A stretch of DNA of 63,314 bases, filler included, from Choristocarpus tenellus KU-1152 (taxonomy: Eukaryota > Protista > Phaeophyceae): assembly GCA_964200185.2 (NCBI GenBank). It is 12 parts of 12 records of this genome, joined end to end, with 100 filler letters (N's around TTAATTAATTAA, not from the genome) between each part and the next. Parts side by side here need not be neighbours in the genome. Positions count along the whole stretch, not along the records: positions 48,417 to 54,580 come from CAXNAD020008788.1; positions 54,681 to 60,565 come from CAXNAD020009510.1; positions 60,666 to 63,314 come from CAXNAD020025973.1; 9 more parts are not named here. The stretch is one strand, 5' to 3'. The position numbers and the translations under genes were made by a program. Position 1 is the stretch's first letter; every line of letters begins with the position of its first letter. Below are positions 50,660 through 61,988 of this stretch, piece after piece. The notes beneath the pieces were generated by a model. That model was given only the letters and a program-made list of their open reading frames with translations. It had not been told where the DNA came from and made no database searches.

Positions 50660-53430
50660 CTCCTGATCATTGAGTAGGGCCTGCACAAGTGCTGTTGCCA
50701 GCTCTTGAGTCTGAATCTATGAGAGAATGAGATGGGATGGGAAGAAAAGATGAGAGAATGAGATGGGATGGGAAGAAAAGATGAGAGAATGAGATGGGAT
50801 GGGAAGAAAAGATGAGAGAATGAGGATGGATGTAAGAGAACAACCCAGAGTGTACTTGGGAATATTCAAGAAATTTGTAGGGAAGACACCCATGAAAAAA
50901 CAATGTTGAAGAATTTTTGGATGGTGAAACAACTGGTAGAATACACATGGTATTTGTCCAATAGAGATAACAGAACGAAAAATAAACCTGAGCCCAACAG
51001 AAAAACCTTTTCAATTAGGCTGTATTCACATTTTAGCTGGAAATTTGAAGATTGAGGTAGGAAGGGTAGGTATGATCCTTGAAACTGGCTTGCCTAGCTT
51101 GTTGCGAGTACCAAGTACACAACAAAATAAAAATTAAAAAAAAATAACACCGTTGTTGCACCCACTGTCAAGAATTCCAGTGGTGTTAACACAACTCATA
51201 TTAATACACCTGAAGGGACTCGTGCTTCAGTGTTTCCTTGGCCACCTCTGCAGTTTGACTTGCAAAATATTTACGGATCTGGGAGCCAAACACACTCAGG
51301 ACCCACACCTGAGAGTATCAATGCAGGGTAACAATCAATGAAGGGGTGATGGTATCTGAGTTTTGACACGTTCACTTTGGCATTTCTAAATGCAATAGCT
51401 ATCAACTCATAAATCGAATGCAAGATAACATCTCTAAACACACACACAAATTAACCCCACATCTTCCTGTCACAGAGTGTCATTGAAAAAAAAGAAGTTA
51501 CATGGAGGGGGGACATCTGAGCTGAACCTGTAGTAGGTGAGTGTGAAGAGGGAGATCAACATTTGAAAAAAATTGAAGGATTGAATGGGAACAATCTGTG
51601 GAATGGTCATGTCATTTGTCAGAGTTCAAGTATACAGCTAAGATCATTCATTGCCTCTGTGGAACCATCTTGCACACTTGTGTTCTTACTGTGGCAAGAG
51701 CTGTGATAAGTGCTGCTGCTCTAAACTGTCGCTTGTCGTGGGTGTGCATCTTGGACATGAGAGTACGTTCCATATCTGGAACAAAAACCAAAAAATCAGG
51801 TGCAAAGCAAAGGAGGAATTGCAAGAAATGTTGAACTAAAGGAGACTGCTCAACTAACACATAAACACATAGCTTAAAACTTTCACCATCTCAAGTTTCA
51901 CAATACAAGAACCAGTAGTTCCACTCTCCGCAAGCATTATCTCAAGATTTCTGAATTGAATAATGAAGTATGCATCAACCAAATAATCTCTTCCAACATA
52001 GTTCACCATATTTGACAGGAGACAACTCACTCTCTCAGTAGTAGTTTGGACATGCCATTTTCCAACCCCCCCCTGCATATCCAACATTCCCCCCAGTCAA
52101 TAATGTAGGGGGAAGTGGGACTTTACAAGGGAGGTTCACAACTGGGGATTCACTAAGGAACATATTAACAGGTCTGGAGTCCCCAAGAGGTCCAAGGGGG
52201 GTGGTGTAATAATTACAGGAGCCTCATGGAATAACGGCTTAGGAACAACTTAAATCTGTTCAAATAACTCCGTCTTGTTCTAGGCTATCAGGAAGGGTTC
52301 CTGTACTTGACAATTTTCCGTAAGGTCCTGAAGGTATTCTCAATGAAGTCTCTAGCATTTGTTTTCCATTTGGTGGGTAAGATGTTTTTTATTCCTTTGG
52401 TAAGAGTTCCTGTAAGAATAAAATGTGATGACCACTACCTTTCTGAGAAACTGCTGCAGGAACAGGAACACAGTGTAGTGTAGCACAGTACAAAAATTTC
52501 ATCAAATGATAAACATTATAAACAAATTGGTCTCTCTGAGAGGGGCCCAAGCACTCACAGCATCTCGTATATGACAGAGAGAGAGTTAAGGGACGTGAGG
52601 ATAAAGTGTTTTTTGGGTGATCAGTGGGGTATTGGAGCTTGATGGAAAGAAAGTCGATGCCGCCTTCAGGCACATCACAACTGACGAGATCAAGGTCCTG
52701 TGGGTGTTCTCTGCTCCTCTCAAAAAAAAAAATGCATGTGGTCCTTGCAACTTGTGCATCCTGTGTGTGCAGCAATATATCTACAGTTACTTGCTACACC
52801 CAAAAAGCAAAACTTAATAGCAGAATAGTCATGAGATAATATCTTTAGAACATATGACGAGAAGGGAGTGAATAGTGAGGCGACAAAGCTCTGAGGTGAG
52901 ACCAAGATCAGGTAGCTCTACGACTGGATATAACTGGCTCAATACACATCTGAAACATTTCTGGGAGAGGTGCATGTGGTTGGTGTGAGCACACACATGA
53001 GAGTGAGAACTGGAGAACAGAACCAACATTGGCGATCAAGTGGAGAAGGCCCGGTCACTGGGCTTCTGGTTTGCAACAAATTAAATAATTTGCAAACATT
53101 ATCCCAACCTCATAAAAAAAAATAGTGCCTTTTTGCTCAGGGTCATTGGTGTAAGTGCACGGGCGAGGAAGAACATCAGCACTGGTAACAAATAGGCAGA
53201 AAAACAGATCGGTAAGTGCATTATACACTTATACTTGAAATATACAATACATACATGAGCAGTGGCTAGAGTGGAGAGTTCAACCTTGGAATCATACAAG
53301 CAGGGATATTGCAGTAAGGAAGACATTTTGGAGTTTCAGTTTTGGAACTCTTAGCTTACACCGTTGTTCACACGTTTCTGAAAGGATCTTAGGGATAGAG
53401 GAGTCCACGGGTCCAGGGTACCCAAAGAAC
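50660..53430 (-). CDS. Conserved hypothetical stramenopile-type single-pass membrane protein, internal exons
   Basis: Exons 53430-53362, 51775-51690, 51308-51210, 50716-50660, phase-consistent; ..RSFQKRVNNDMERTLMSKMHTHDKRQFRAAALITALATVWVLSVFGSQIRKYFASQTAEVAKETLKHESLQIQTQELATALVQALLNDQE. Confidence 0.75.
50719..50824. repeat. 31-bp tandem repeat, about 3.4 copies
   Basis: ATGAGAGAATGAGATGGGATGGGAAGAAAAG. Confidence 0.93.
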
Positions 53431-54441
53431 CTGCCAGAAGTTACCAAAGTATTGTGATAGACAACAAGTATAGTGACAACCACTACTGCTACAAGGTGTT
53501 ACATATAGTATTGGCAAATGTCAATGTCTCTTGACCGATTTAACTTGACACAATGTAACTGTAGAATAGGGCAGAGCATGCTGACTGTATCGCAGTAAAT
53601 TATTTTGTTGATAATGCAAGTGCTGATACAAGTAAGTGCAAATACCACATGAAGCTATCCAACGAGGAGGATCACATGTCCATGTACTAGTGTAGATTGG
53701 TGTCATGCCACCAGTAGAACATGCCAAAATATCATCCAATATCCTAACAATATGTTGAGTCAAGTGCCACTAGCATTGCAGAACAGCAATTAGTGTAAGA
53801 TGTGGCTAGGGAAGGATCTCAAGGAGTCCCCTACCTTTGGAAACTGAATCAGATTTGTGGGTGACTGTTGAACATAATCCAATTTTCCTTGGATGGATCA
53901 AGCTCCTAAGCACCAACAGTAAGTTGCAGATAATGATGCTACGGGTCATCTACAGAAGGTTAGAACAGGGTTGGGGGGGAGACAAAGGCAGTGGACTCAA
54001 AGAGAAGAGGAATATGTATCCAAAAGGGACGAGTACCACTGATGGAGAGTTCAAATCCCAAGAGTACACAGAAAAGGATATTGTGTTACTGCGAAGACAG
54101 TTTCCTTGAAACCTTTGATTCAAAAAAGAAAGGAAAACTAAACATCCAAACTGAATTTACACCACTGGAAGAGGGAACACATCCTGAAGGTATTGAGTTG
54201 AACTCAGCAAATGTATCACAAGAATGAAACAGTAGACACTTGGACAAGTCGCGGCTGCCAAGATGAGATCAGTCACCCCAAATTTGATGGCACAAGAGCA
54301 AACTATGCCCGGTCTTGATAGGAATTTGACCTTGTTCTAGTGCTTCAGGAGCCAAAAATATCTCCACTCTACCGTTGGGAACCAAGCCCAATGAAAGTAT
54401 CTTAGGTCAGTAGATCAGTGCGTCGACACAGGTCAACACGA

Positions 54442-54580
54442 AAGTGAAAGCATCTTAGGGTTAGAGTACAAATTTTGCCCTGTTTGTCCATTTGGGGCTT
54501 GGCTTCCCATGGGCATTTTTATGACTTTTTCCTACTCCAAAATGTTTAGGAGTAGGTAAAATGTATACGTTATGAAAAGG
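54442..54580 (-). mobile_element. MITE family 1, partial (contig end)
   Basis: Aligns with family 1; TIR altered to TTAGGGTTAG. Confidence 0.85.
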
Positions 54581-54680
54581 NNNNNNNNNNNNNNNNNNNN
54601 NNNNNNNNNNNNNNNNNNNNNNNNTTAATTAATTAANNNNNNNNNNNNNNNNNNNNNNNNNNNNNNNNNNNNNNNNNNNN

Positions 54681-54723
54681 CCCCAAATGGACAGCCGCCA
54701 CCCCCTCCCAGATACTTTGAGTC
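54681..54723 (-). mobile_element. MITE family 2 terminus
   Basis: CCCCAAATGGACAGCCGCCACCCCCTCCCAGATACTTTGAGTC, near-exact reverse complement of 60507-60549. Confidence 0.8.
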
Positions 54724-55814
54724 GTTACCGCTTTTGCAGATGTCTAAGCAGTCTGTTATCTGCCCCACTCACCCACCAGTAATGGTGCACCTGTTGCTGG
54801 AGCCAAGTCACAAAAAAGCACCCACCGCAAGGGATCTTTTTTCCCTCGTAGTTTGAATCCTAACACCTTCATGGTGGAAAGTTTGGGTGCCTTAGAAAGC
54901 AAGCAGAAAATTTTCTTGGACGAGTTAGTCACCCATGCAGTACGGAGGAAAGGGTCGGGAGGATACTGTAGGAAAGGGACTGTCAAGTCCGTTTGAGACG
55001 TATAGTGTCCGTCACTACACACATGGCTTTCTCGGGACACATCGTGCTTTTCAACGTAGAGACACCAGGAAAATAGTAGGCAGGGGCCTGTCAGATTCTC
55101 GGGATGCCTTCCTAGCTCCTCACTCACCTTCGTAGGGCTAAGCTAGGGCTAAAGTCATAGCAGTGTACACATTACTTTGTAGTCACCAACCTTCAAAAGG
55201 GACCATTGATGTATTGTTAGTATTAAAATTTTGATTATTATTCGAGAGGAGGTACTTTTTGCATTAATGACAACTATTATTTTGAACCAGCAGTCCATGT
55301 GATGTAGCTTTGGTTTTCCCTGACACACTCGGAAAATGTCAGAGGACATAATAATATATGCTCGTGCCGGGCCACAGAGTACAGGCCTTTCACTCCTCCA
55401 TCTAGCCTTTTGCTGTTGTGAAGGATAGGAACCCCTGACATGCGAGGCAAGGGGCATGGCACAACGCCATAGAAGAGGCTTGGGATTGTACGAGACTCTG
55501 AGGCAAACATTCACTTGTTGGTTTCCTATACACTTTGCATAGTTCTTGCCTGATTGTGCAAGCACTTGATTGAGTTGCATGGTTTGGTTATAGGCCTGGT
55601 CGATTCCTGGTATGCGAATCTGTGATGGAGTGAGGCAGTGCCTGTTTCCTTTTTTATCGTTTCTTTTTTTCTTTTCGTGTGAGATCTCACTCTTGTAACA
55701 TTTATCAGAGTCGTACAGATGGTCTAAGTTTGGTCATCTCCCTCCCCATCTATGCAGGTATGCAGGTGGTTGAAGCAAGAGGACCTCCTTCCCCAACTTC
55801 CAGTCCCACCATCT

Positions 55815-56072
55815 GAGTGAAAGTATCTTGGAGGGTACAAGTTTTGCCCTGTTTGCCCATTTGGGGCTTGGCTTCCCATAGATTTTTTAATGACATTTTC
55901 CTACTCCAAAATGTTTCGGAGCAGGTAAAACGTGTACGTTATGAAAGGTGTGTCCGGAACAAGGACATTGACACTTCCAAACAAACACGATAGCAAAAAC
56001 TACATCAAAATCGCAACATTGGATTGTGGCCCCCAAATGGACGCGGATATACCCTCTAAGATACTTTGGCTC
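55815..56072 (-). mobile_element. MITE family 1, full length
   Basis: GAGTGAAAGTATCTTGGAGGGTA..TACCCTCTAAGATACTTTGGCTC; flanks ATCT/ATTC (imperfect). Confidence 0.92.
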
Positions 56073-56952
56073 ATTCTGGCTTTGAAAGTCAGCAGTTGAT
56101 CATTATGATTGTTGCAAGTGAGACACAGGAGTACCTAGTCTTCGACATTCCCCAGATGATGATCATTTTACCGCAAGAGATGTCTCTCAGGGTGATATTT
56201 CAGGTTGTTGGTGTGCACACCAGCTTCTGTGTTTGATCTCTACACTAAGCAAAGCTCATAGGCCACACCCGCACAGCTACATCTCACAGACTAGCTGGGA
56301 AAGCACAAGGGTGCAGCAATGCTCACGAACCGCTGGAAACATATTAATGTATCCGCATACATCATCTTGTACCTGATATTAGAGGATACCTTCACTAGAG
56401 GTAGCAACATACATGTCAGTGGACATAACAATATTCAATATAGGTAACAATACTTATAGGATAATTTTGATTACTACAATACGGTTCTGTGATAGGCGTA
56501 TCTATCTATCATCCAATACTACTAGTGGGTTGCCACCTCATGATTGGTTACACTATCTGTAGCACAGGTGGTGTTCATATGTGGCCCATCAACTACTGCC
56601 AACACTTCATAGGATTATAGCTTGACGGCATTGTCCGTGCCATGCTTGTGTGATTGCGTGCACTTCTCAAGACGGGTTAATTATGTCGATAGTCTTCTCA
56701 AAGAAAAGATTTACAACTTAAGGTGCTGGGACCAAGCATGCAAGAGGATCGTGTTGCAAGGACACATAGGAAAGCAAGAAAAAGCATCTTCATCACACGT
56801 TCTTTTGAAGCACAGATACGAATAAAGTAACACGGAGGGGTAGTATACGAGAGGTACCGTTGCTTGCATTTTATGGATGCTGAGAAAAGGAATTTTTATT
56901 AATTCTGTCGAAATTTCGTGTTCAGAAAGGGGAAGTCCCTTCTTGTGGACTT

Positions 56953-57335
56953 GTGACATGAGCAGCAATATTTTGGAGTACAACTCAGAAGTATTAGTTA
57001 CATATCGGTTGGATGGATCCAGAACGGTTGTTGGGTCGTTTAACGATCCTCGTATTCACGAGATACTAATAGTGACTTGAGTGGAAACATTTTGAAGCAC
57101 AACCAGAGTATCAGTTACGCATCGCTTGGATGGACCCAGAACGTCTTTCGAACGTTTCACATTCAATTCTAATATCGATAAGATAGTAATTGTGAGTTGA
57201 GCTGCAACATTTTGAAGTATTTATCAGAAGCATCGATTACAGATCACTTGAATGGATCCAAACTGTTGTTTGATCATTTCACTCACTCAATATCTGTCCC
57301 ATACACGTAAGATGTTAAACGTGACTTGAGCGGTA
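56953..57335. repeat. Degenerate tandem repeat of about 120 bp, just over 3 copies
   Basis: GTGA(C/G)(A/T)TGAG..AA(C/T)ATTTTG..TGGA(T/C)CCA at 56953, 57072, 57192; partial unit at 57322. Confidence 0.7.
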
Positions 57336-57589
57336 CCCATTATCCTTGACCATGCAGTGAAGGAGTCAATCCTAAAGACTCACAGTATCTCAGAGGGGGT
57401 ATAAATCTAGGACAAGTTGTCCATTCGAGGCCTGATGGGGTGTTGTAAGATACCGCAGTTTGATGCCCGTTTTGCGAGCGATTTTCCTTCAGATTTGGTT
57501 CAGGCGGGGGAATAGAAATGGAAGGTGTGTTCAGATGAAGGAAAGTGCCCTTGCATTTGACGGGTTCAACAAAAATATGTGAAAATCAC

Positions 57590-58110
57590 TGCAGGTTTAC
57601 ACAGACCCCGAATGGACGCTTGAGTTTATTTATGTATCTCTGCAAACATGAACAGGCGCTCACCATGGTTATTGAAGACATCGTAGATGATCATATATGC
57701 CCCCCAAGTATCATGCTATCACGATCCCCCCCTTCCTCTCATGTCCTTCCAGTGCGAGGGTTTGCATCCTTCACGAGAAAAGGTTTGTCTTTGGCATGGG
57801 TCTGCTGCAACGGTAGTGTGCAGGTTCTCCTAGAAAGTATCATTGGCTGTTCCTCTGCTGGGACATATCTCACAGCGAAGGTAACTCAGTTGAACTGTTT
57901 GGCGTCAGTAACTGGACCATCATTATCCAATCGCAGAAGTACTGTACTTCAAGGACAGTCTTTTAACCCACAGCATCCTAGAGGGGGGTTTGCTCTTGTC
58001 AACATACTCTTCGGTGTATCCAAGGGAAAGGGTCACACATATAATTGGACAATCAAGGGGAAAAGAAAAGAAGTGGTCGCCATCTTGCTACATATTCTTA
58101 CACGAGAATT
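57590..58110 (-). pseudogene. Possible AlkB-like 2OG-Fe(II) oxygenase pseudogene
   Basis: NM*QDGDHFFSFPLDCPIICVTLSLG, frameshift, then (TGA read as R)VTFAVRYV, an RxxxxxR-like motif. Confidence 0.3.
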
Positions 58111-59099
58111 GGACCTTCATTTTGTATGCAAAATATAGTAAGTACAGTTTGTGTTTTCTGAAGCAGTGCATATTTGCTTAGCATTCGACAAGGGGTCTGG
58201 AATCCTTCAGACAGATTTATGTGGAAAATAATAGTAGAAAAAATAGTACTACGTACATTGTTGAAAAACAAAGTGTGAGAATCGAGAAATACACATTCAC
58301 AGTAGTAGTAGTAGTCTGAGGGGATCAGGCCCATGGTTGGAAGATGGGATTCAAACAAAAGAATGCACAATACACACTACTTCAGATTAAATATAAATAC
58401 TAGAAAAGAACAAGAATAAGATGAGAAAAAATAGGAGAAAGGGGACGAATTTGATGTATGCACGACGGTAGCCAAGAGCAATCCAATAATAATACGGTAG
58501 TCGTAACACACAATACTTGGAATGTACACTGAAAGTGTCGTTACACAGGTCCTGTTGGAAAAGAAGGTAACAAATAAATAAATCCAGTGCCACTTGGTCC
58601 ATCCAATCCGACACCACTCATCATATGTCACCAAAAGGAAAGAAAGCAAACGAAAGAGGGGTGTAAGAATATCTAAACCAATAAGAAAGAGTTAAGGGGA
58701 AAAACAACATTAAGCAGACAGTGGTATGTGTCTGTGACAGGTGCCCTGATCTGCGTGGGCTGCATTAGCTGCTGCTATAGTATGACGTACATCACCTATC
58801 ACCTTCCTCGGAGTGCCACTCGTTCATGATCATTCTCGCTTTGCAATCAACCACACACCCATACCATCTGTGTCGGTCCCTGGGCCTTGTGCTTCATTCC
58901 TGAGCTGTGATCCCAACCTTCTCAAGATGTCATTCGTGCACATACAACCAGCTCTTCTCCTGTCCACCCTGCTTCCGTTTTCTATCTACAAGCTCCCAGT
59001 CTTTAGATTTACTGACCATGTGAAAAGGATATTTTGTTTTCACACAGAGTACAGTCGGCTCAATACTTCTACACCCAGTCTTCACAAGGGCATCATTGT

Positions 59100-60480
59100 A
59101 TAGACACCTGTGTGATCGGTGTGTTTCCGTTTGCGAAATCAAATGTAGCACGGTAGGGGGAACTTGTGGTGATGGGAGCTAAGCCTCACATGGTGAACCT
59201 GGTGGAATATCCATGCCATACAACTAGGTGATGGACCCTCATATCGTTGTTCCTCAGACCAAGATATTTTCGCAGCTCCCTCAACAACAGCAAGATTCTT
59301 GAAAATGGTTAGGTCAGAGTTGAACTCCTTAACTGCTGCGCTGCACTTAGCACCACCGTGAAGTAGATGATTAAAGGGGATAGGGACAAGAACACACCCT
59401 TGTTGAAGCCCTTGGCTGACTTCAAACCAATTCATATACTCGCTACCATAAATGAGGATACATGCCCACATTCCATCACGGAACTGGCTAATGACTGAGA
59501 GCCAAAGTATGCGAGAGGTACCCAGGTTTTGACCGTTTTTCAATTTAAGCCACCATGTTTCATACTTGCTATTCAACCATATTTCTAAGGATACAGTGCT
59601 AAGATGACTCGCGAGCGTTGAAATCTTTCTTGTTTGGAAAATTTCGAAAGAATTCAAAAAAGTTGATTTTTTTTCGCACAAAATTGTCAGCATTCTTAAG
59701 TGCAAACCCTGGGCACCTCTCGTTTATTTGACTCTAAGATAACATTTTCAGGCACTCCAAACTCGGCAACCACAGCCCATAGGAGAACGCGGCCAACAAC
59801 ATGTTTTATGCCTTCTGTAGGTCAACAAGAGACTTGGACAGAGAGAGCTACTTCGAAGGGCATGCTTTTTCTGCTCAAGCTCCTGGAGGGTACAGTGTCC
59901 ACAGTAGAGTATTGGGGTTGAAAACCACGTTGTTCCTCATGGGGTACGTTCTCCCATTTCATGTAAGCTCTTGCTATGCAACAACCTCAAGAAGCACTTT
60001 GCAAGTGTGTGCCACCAATGGGATGCCTCTGCAGGGACCACTATCCATCTGAACCTTCTTGTACAATGCTTAATGACTGCATCCTGGCTTGTGCCACGTC
60101 TTCTTGGTCTCACGCAACCAACACGATTTTGTGGAAACTCTAGAGGATAGTCTTCCCTATTTAGTTCAAGTTTCAGGATCCCATCTGGAAGATCATCTGG
60201 GTCCATTGCCTTGCCGTTTCCATGACCTGGATTACTTAAGACACTTCCCCACCATTATTGAGCATCAGGGTGTGGCATGCACTTGGACCGCGGACCAAGG
60301 GCTTCAGCACTACAGGGTTTGAGGTTGGTCAACTTGTCCTCTAGGAGCACTTCAGAGCGTTGCCTCCCCCATTCCTTAATGAGTGCTTGTTCTCTCAGTA
60401 GCAGAATACCAGATTTGTCAAGAATATGTTGGGAGGCACTCTGTCTGGTCCTCTATACCTGTACCTTGAAAAAGAAACCA
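59100..60480 (-). mobile_element. RTE-clade LINE reverse-transcriptase remnant
   Basis: DPDDLPDGILKL; VDLQKA; LLWAVVAEFGVPENVI..VISQFRDGM; WFEVSQGLQQGCVLVPIPFN. Confidence 0.85.
59499..59734. mobile_element. MITE family 3, full length, inserted in the RTE RT
   Basis: TIRs GAGCCAAAGTATGCGAGAGGTACCCAGG / CCTGGGCACCTCTCGTTTATTTGACTC; flanks TGA/TAA. Confidence 0.85.
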
Positions 60481-60506
60481 GCTTGATCCCAACCGTAAAC
60501 GCAGAT

Positions 60507-60565
60507 GGCTCAAAGTATCTGGGAGGGGGTGGCGGCTGTCCATTTGGGGTCAATTTTTGTATGTC
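60507..60565 (+). mobile_element. MITE family 2 terminus (contig end)
   Basis: GGCTCAAAGTATCTGGGAGGGGGTGGCGGCTGTCCATTTGGGG. Confidence 0.8.
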
Positions 60566-60665
60566 NNNNNNNNNNNNNNNNNNNNNNNNNNNNNNNNNNN
60601 NNNNNNNNNTTAATTAATTAANNNNNNNNNNNNNNNNNNNNNNNNNNNNNNNNNNNNNNNNNNNN

Positions 60666-60854
60666 TTCGATGATTGATTTCCCAGCTCACCATGATTGAT
60701 TTCCCAGGGATGCCACGATTAATCAGTTGCTTCGACGATTGATTTCCTAGCTAACCCTAACCCTAATTACTACAAAAAGGATATTGTACCACATGAATTC
60801 TGTGTCGCTTTTTTCGGGCATGCCCATGGGTGAACAAAATCGGGGTAGGTACTG
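60666..60854 (-). mobile_element. pogo-type MITE end inserted at TA
   Basis: Matches 12416-12473; internal GATTGATTTCC repeats and CTAACCCTAACCCTAA. Confidence 0.6.
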
Positions 60855-61725
60855 TACTTGATTGATATTTTACCTTTCCAATATTCTGAAACCAACTTTG
60901 TTTGAGCCTCGGGCGATCGGTGGGACAACCCTGAGATCCATGATCCTGAAAATCCATGCATTACGCTTTTCGGAAGTTGTAAATCCGATTATATCCGTGA
61001 TTTGTATTTTGTATATAAATACCTATCACATACTTAATTGATATTGCATATTTGCAACGTTCCGAAACCAACTTTGTTTGAGCTCTGGGCTATCCGTGAG
61101 ACCACCCTGAGATCCATGATCCTGAAAACCCGTGCATTATGGTTTTCGGAAGTTGTAAATCCGATTATACCCGTACTTAGAATTTTTAAAAATACAAAGC
61201 ACATACTTCATTGATCTTGTACGTTTCCAATATTCAGAAGCAAAAACGTCAAAAAACAACTAGCACCCTCTAATTTTTTGAAGTACAAAATCTTACAAAA
61301 TTGGACATTTGGATTCTTGTAAATTCTAGATCCGATCGGATCCCGTTTACCCTTAAACGCCCAAAACACGTGCATTAGGGTTTTTAGAAACAGTAAATCC
61401 AGTAATAACGTTCTTACAATTTTTGAAAATACAAAGCATGCACTTTATGGGTCTCACACGTTTCCAATTTTCAGAAACTGAAAGATCACTTCCAACTGGT
61501 ACCCACAATTTATTTTAATACTAAAACCGCTTTTTGGCGACTTTAGTATTCTTAAAAAATTCTAGAGACGAAAGAAAAGCGGATCTATAGTTTTAAAGAT
61601 CCGATATGATCTCCTAAACCCTTCAAGACCCAAAACACGTGCGTTAGGGTTTTTACGAAATAATAATGATATTATTCTAATCTTTACATCAACAAATACA
61701 AATACGAACCACATCCTTCATTGAT
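60855..61725. repeat. Degenerate array of 175-270-bp direct repeats (about 5 units), TE-subterminal-like
   Basis: GAAACCAACTTTGTTTGAGC..CCCTGAGATCCATGATCCTGAAAA..GTTGTAAATCCGATTATA at 60888 and 61064; decayed units near 61237, 61360, 61630. Confidence 0.8.
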
Positions 61726-61988
61726 ATATATATATGAAACGAGAAGGTCACAATAAAACAGCTGCTCTCTGTCTCTTTTGAATATGAAATCGTATGCTGT
61801 TCGATATTCATATTTTTTATAACACAATTCTCAACAGAAAGACAAATCTGAGTTTTGAGGACCGACCGACCACATGAAATAAAGCAGCGCCTCCCATCCC
61901 TCAGTCCTCATTTCAATTCATTCCCTTCCGTACATACCACGTGGACCTGTTATTTATCGATCCCCGTCACACCCTCCCAATCTTCGCC

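Noticed and set aside
57545-58138. 197-aa plus-strand ORF as a gene
   Set aside because: No recognisable motif; likely the antisense shadow of the minus-strand relic
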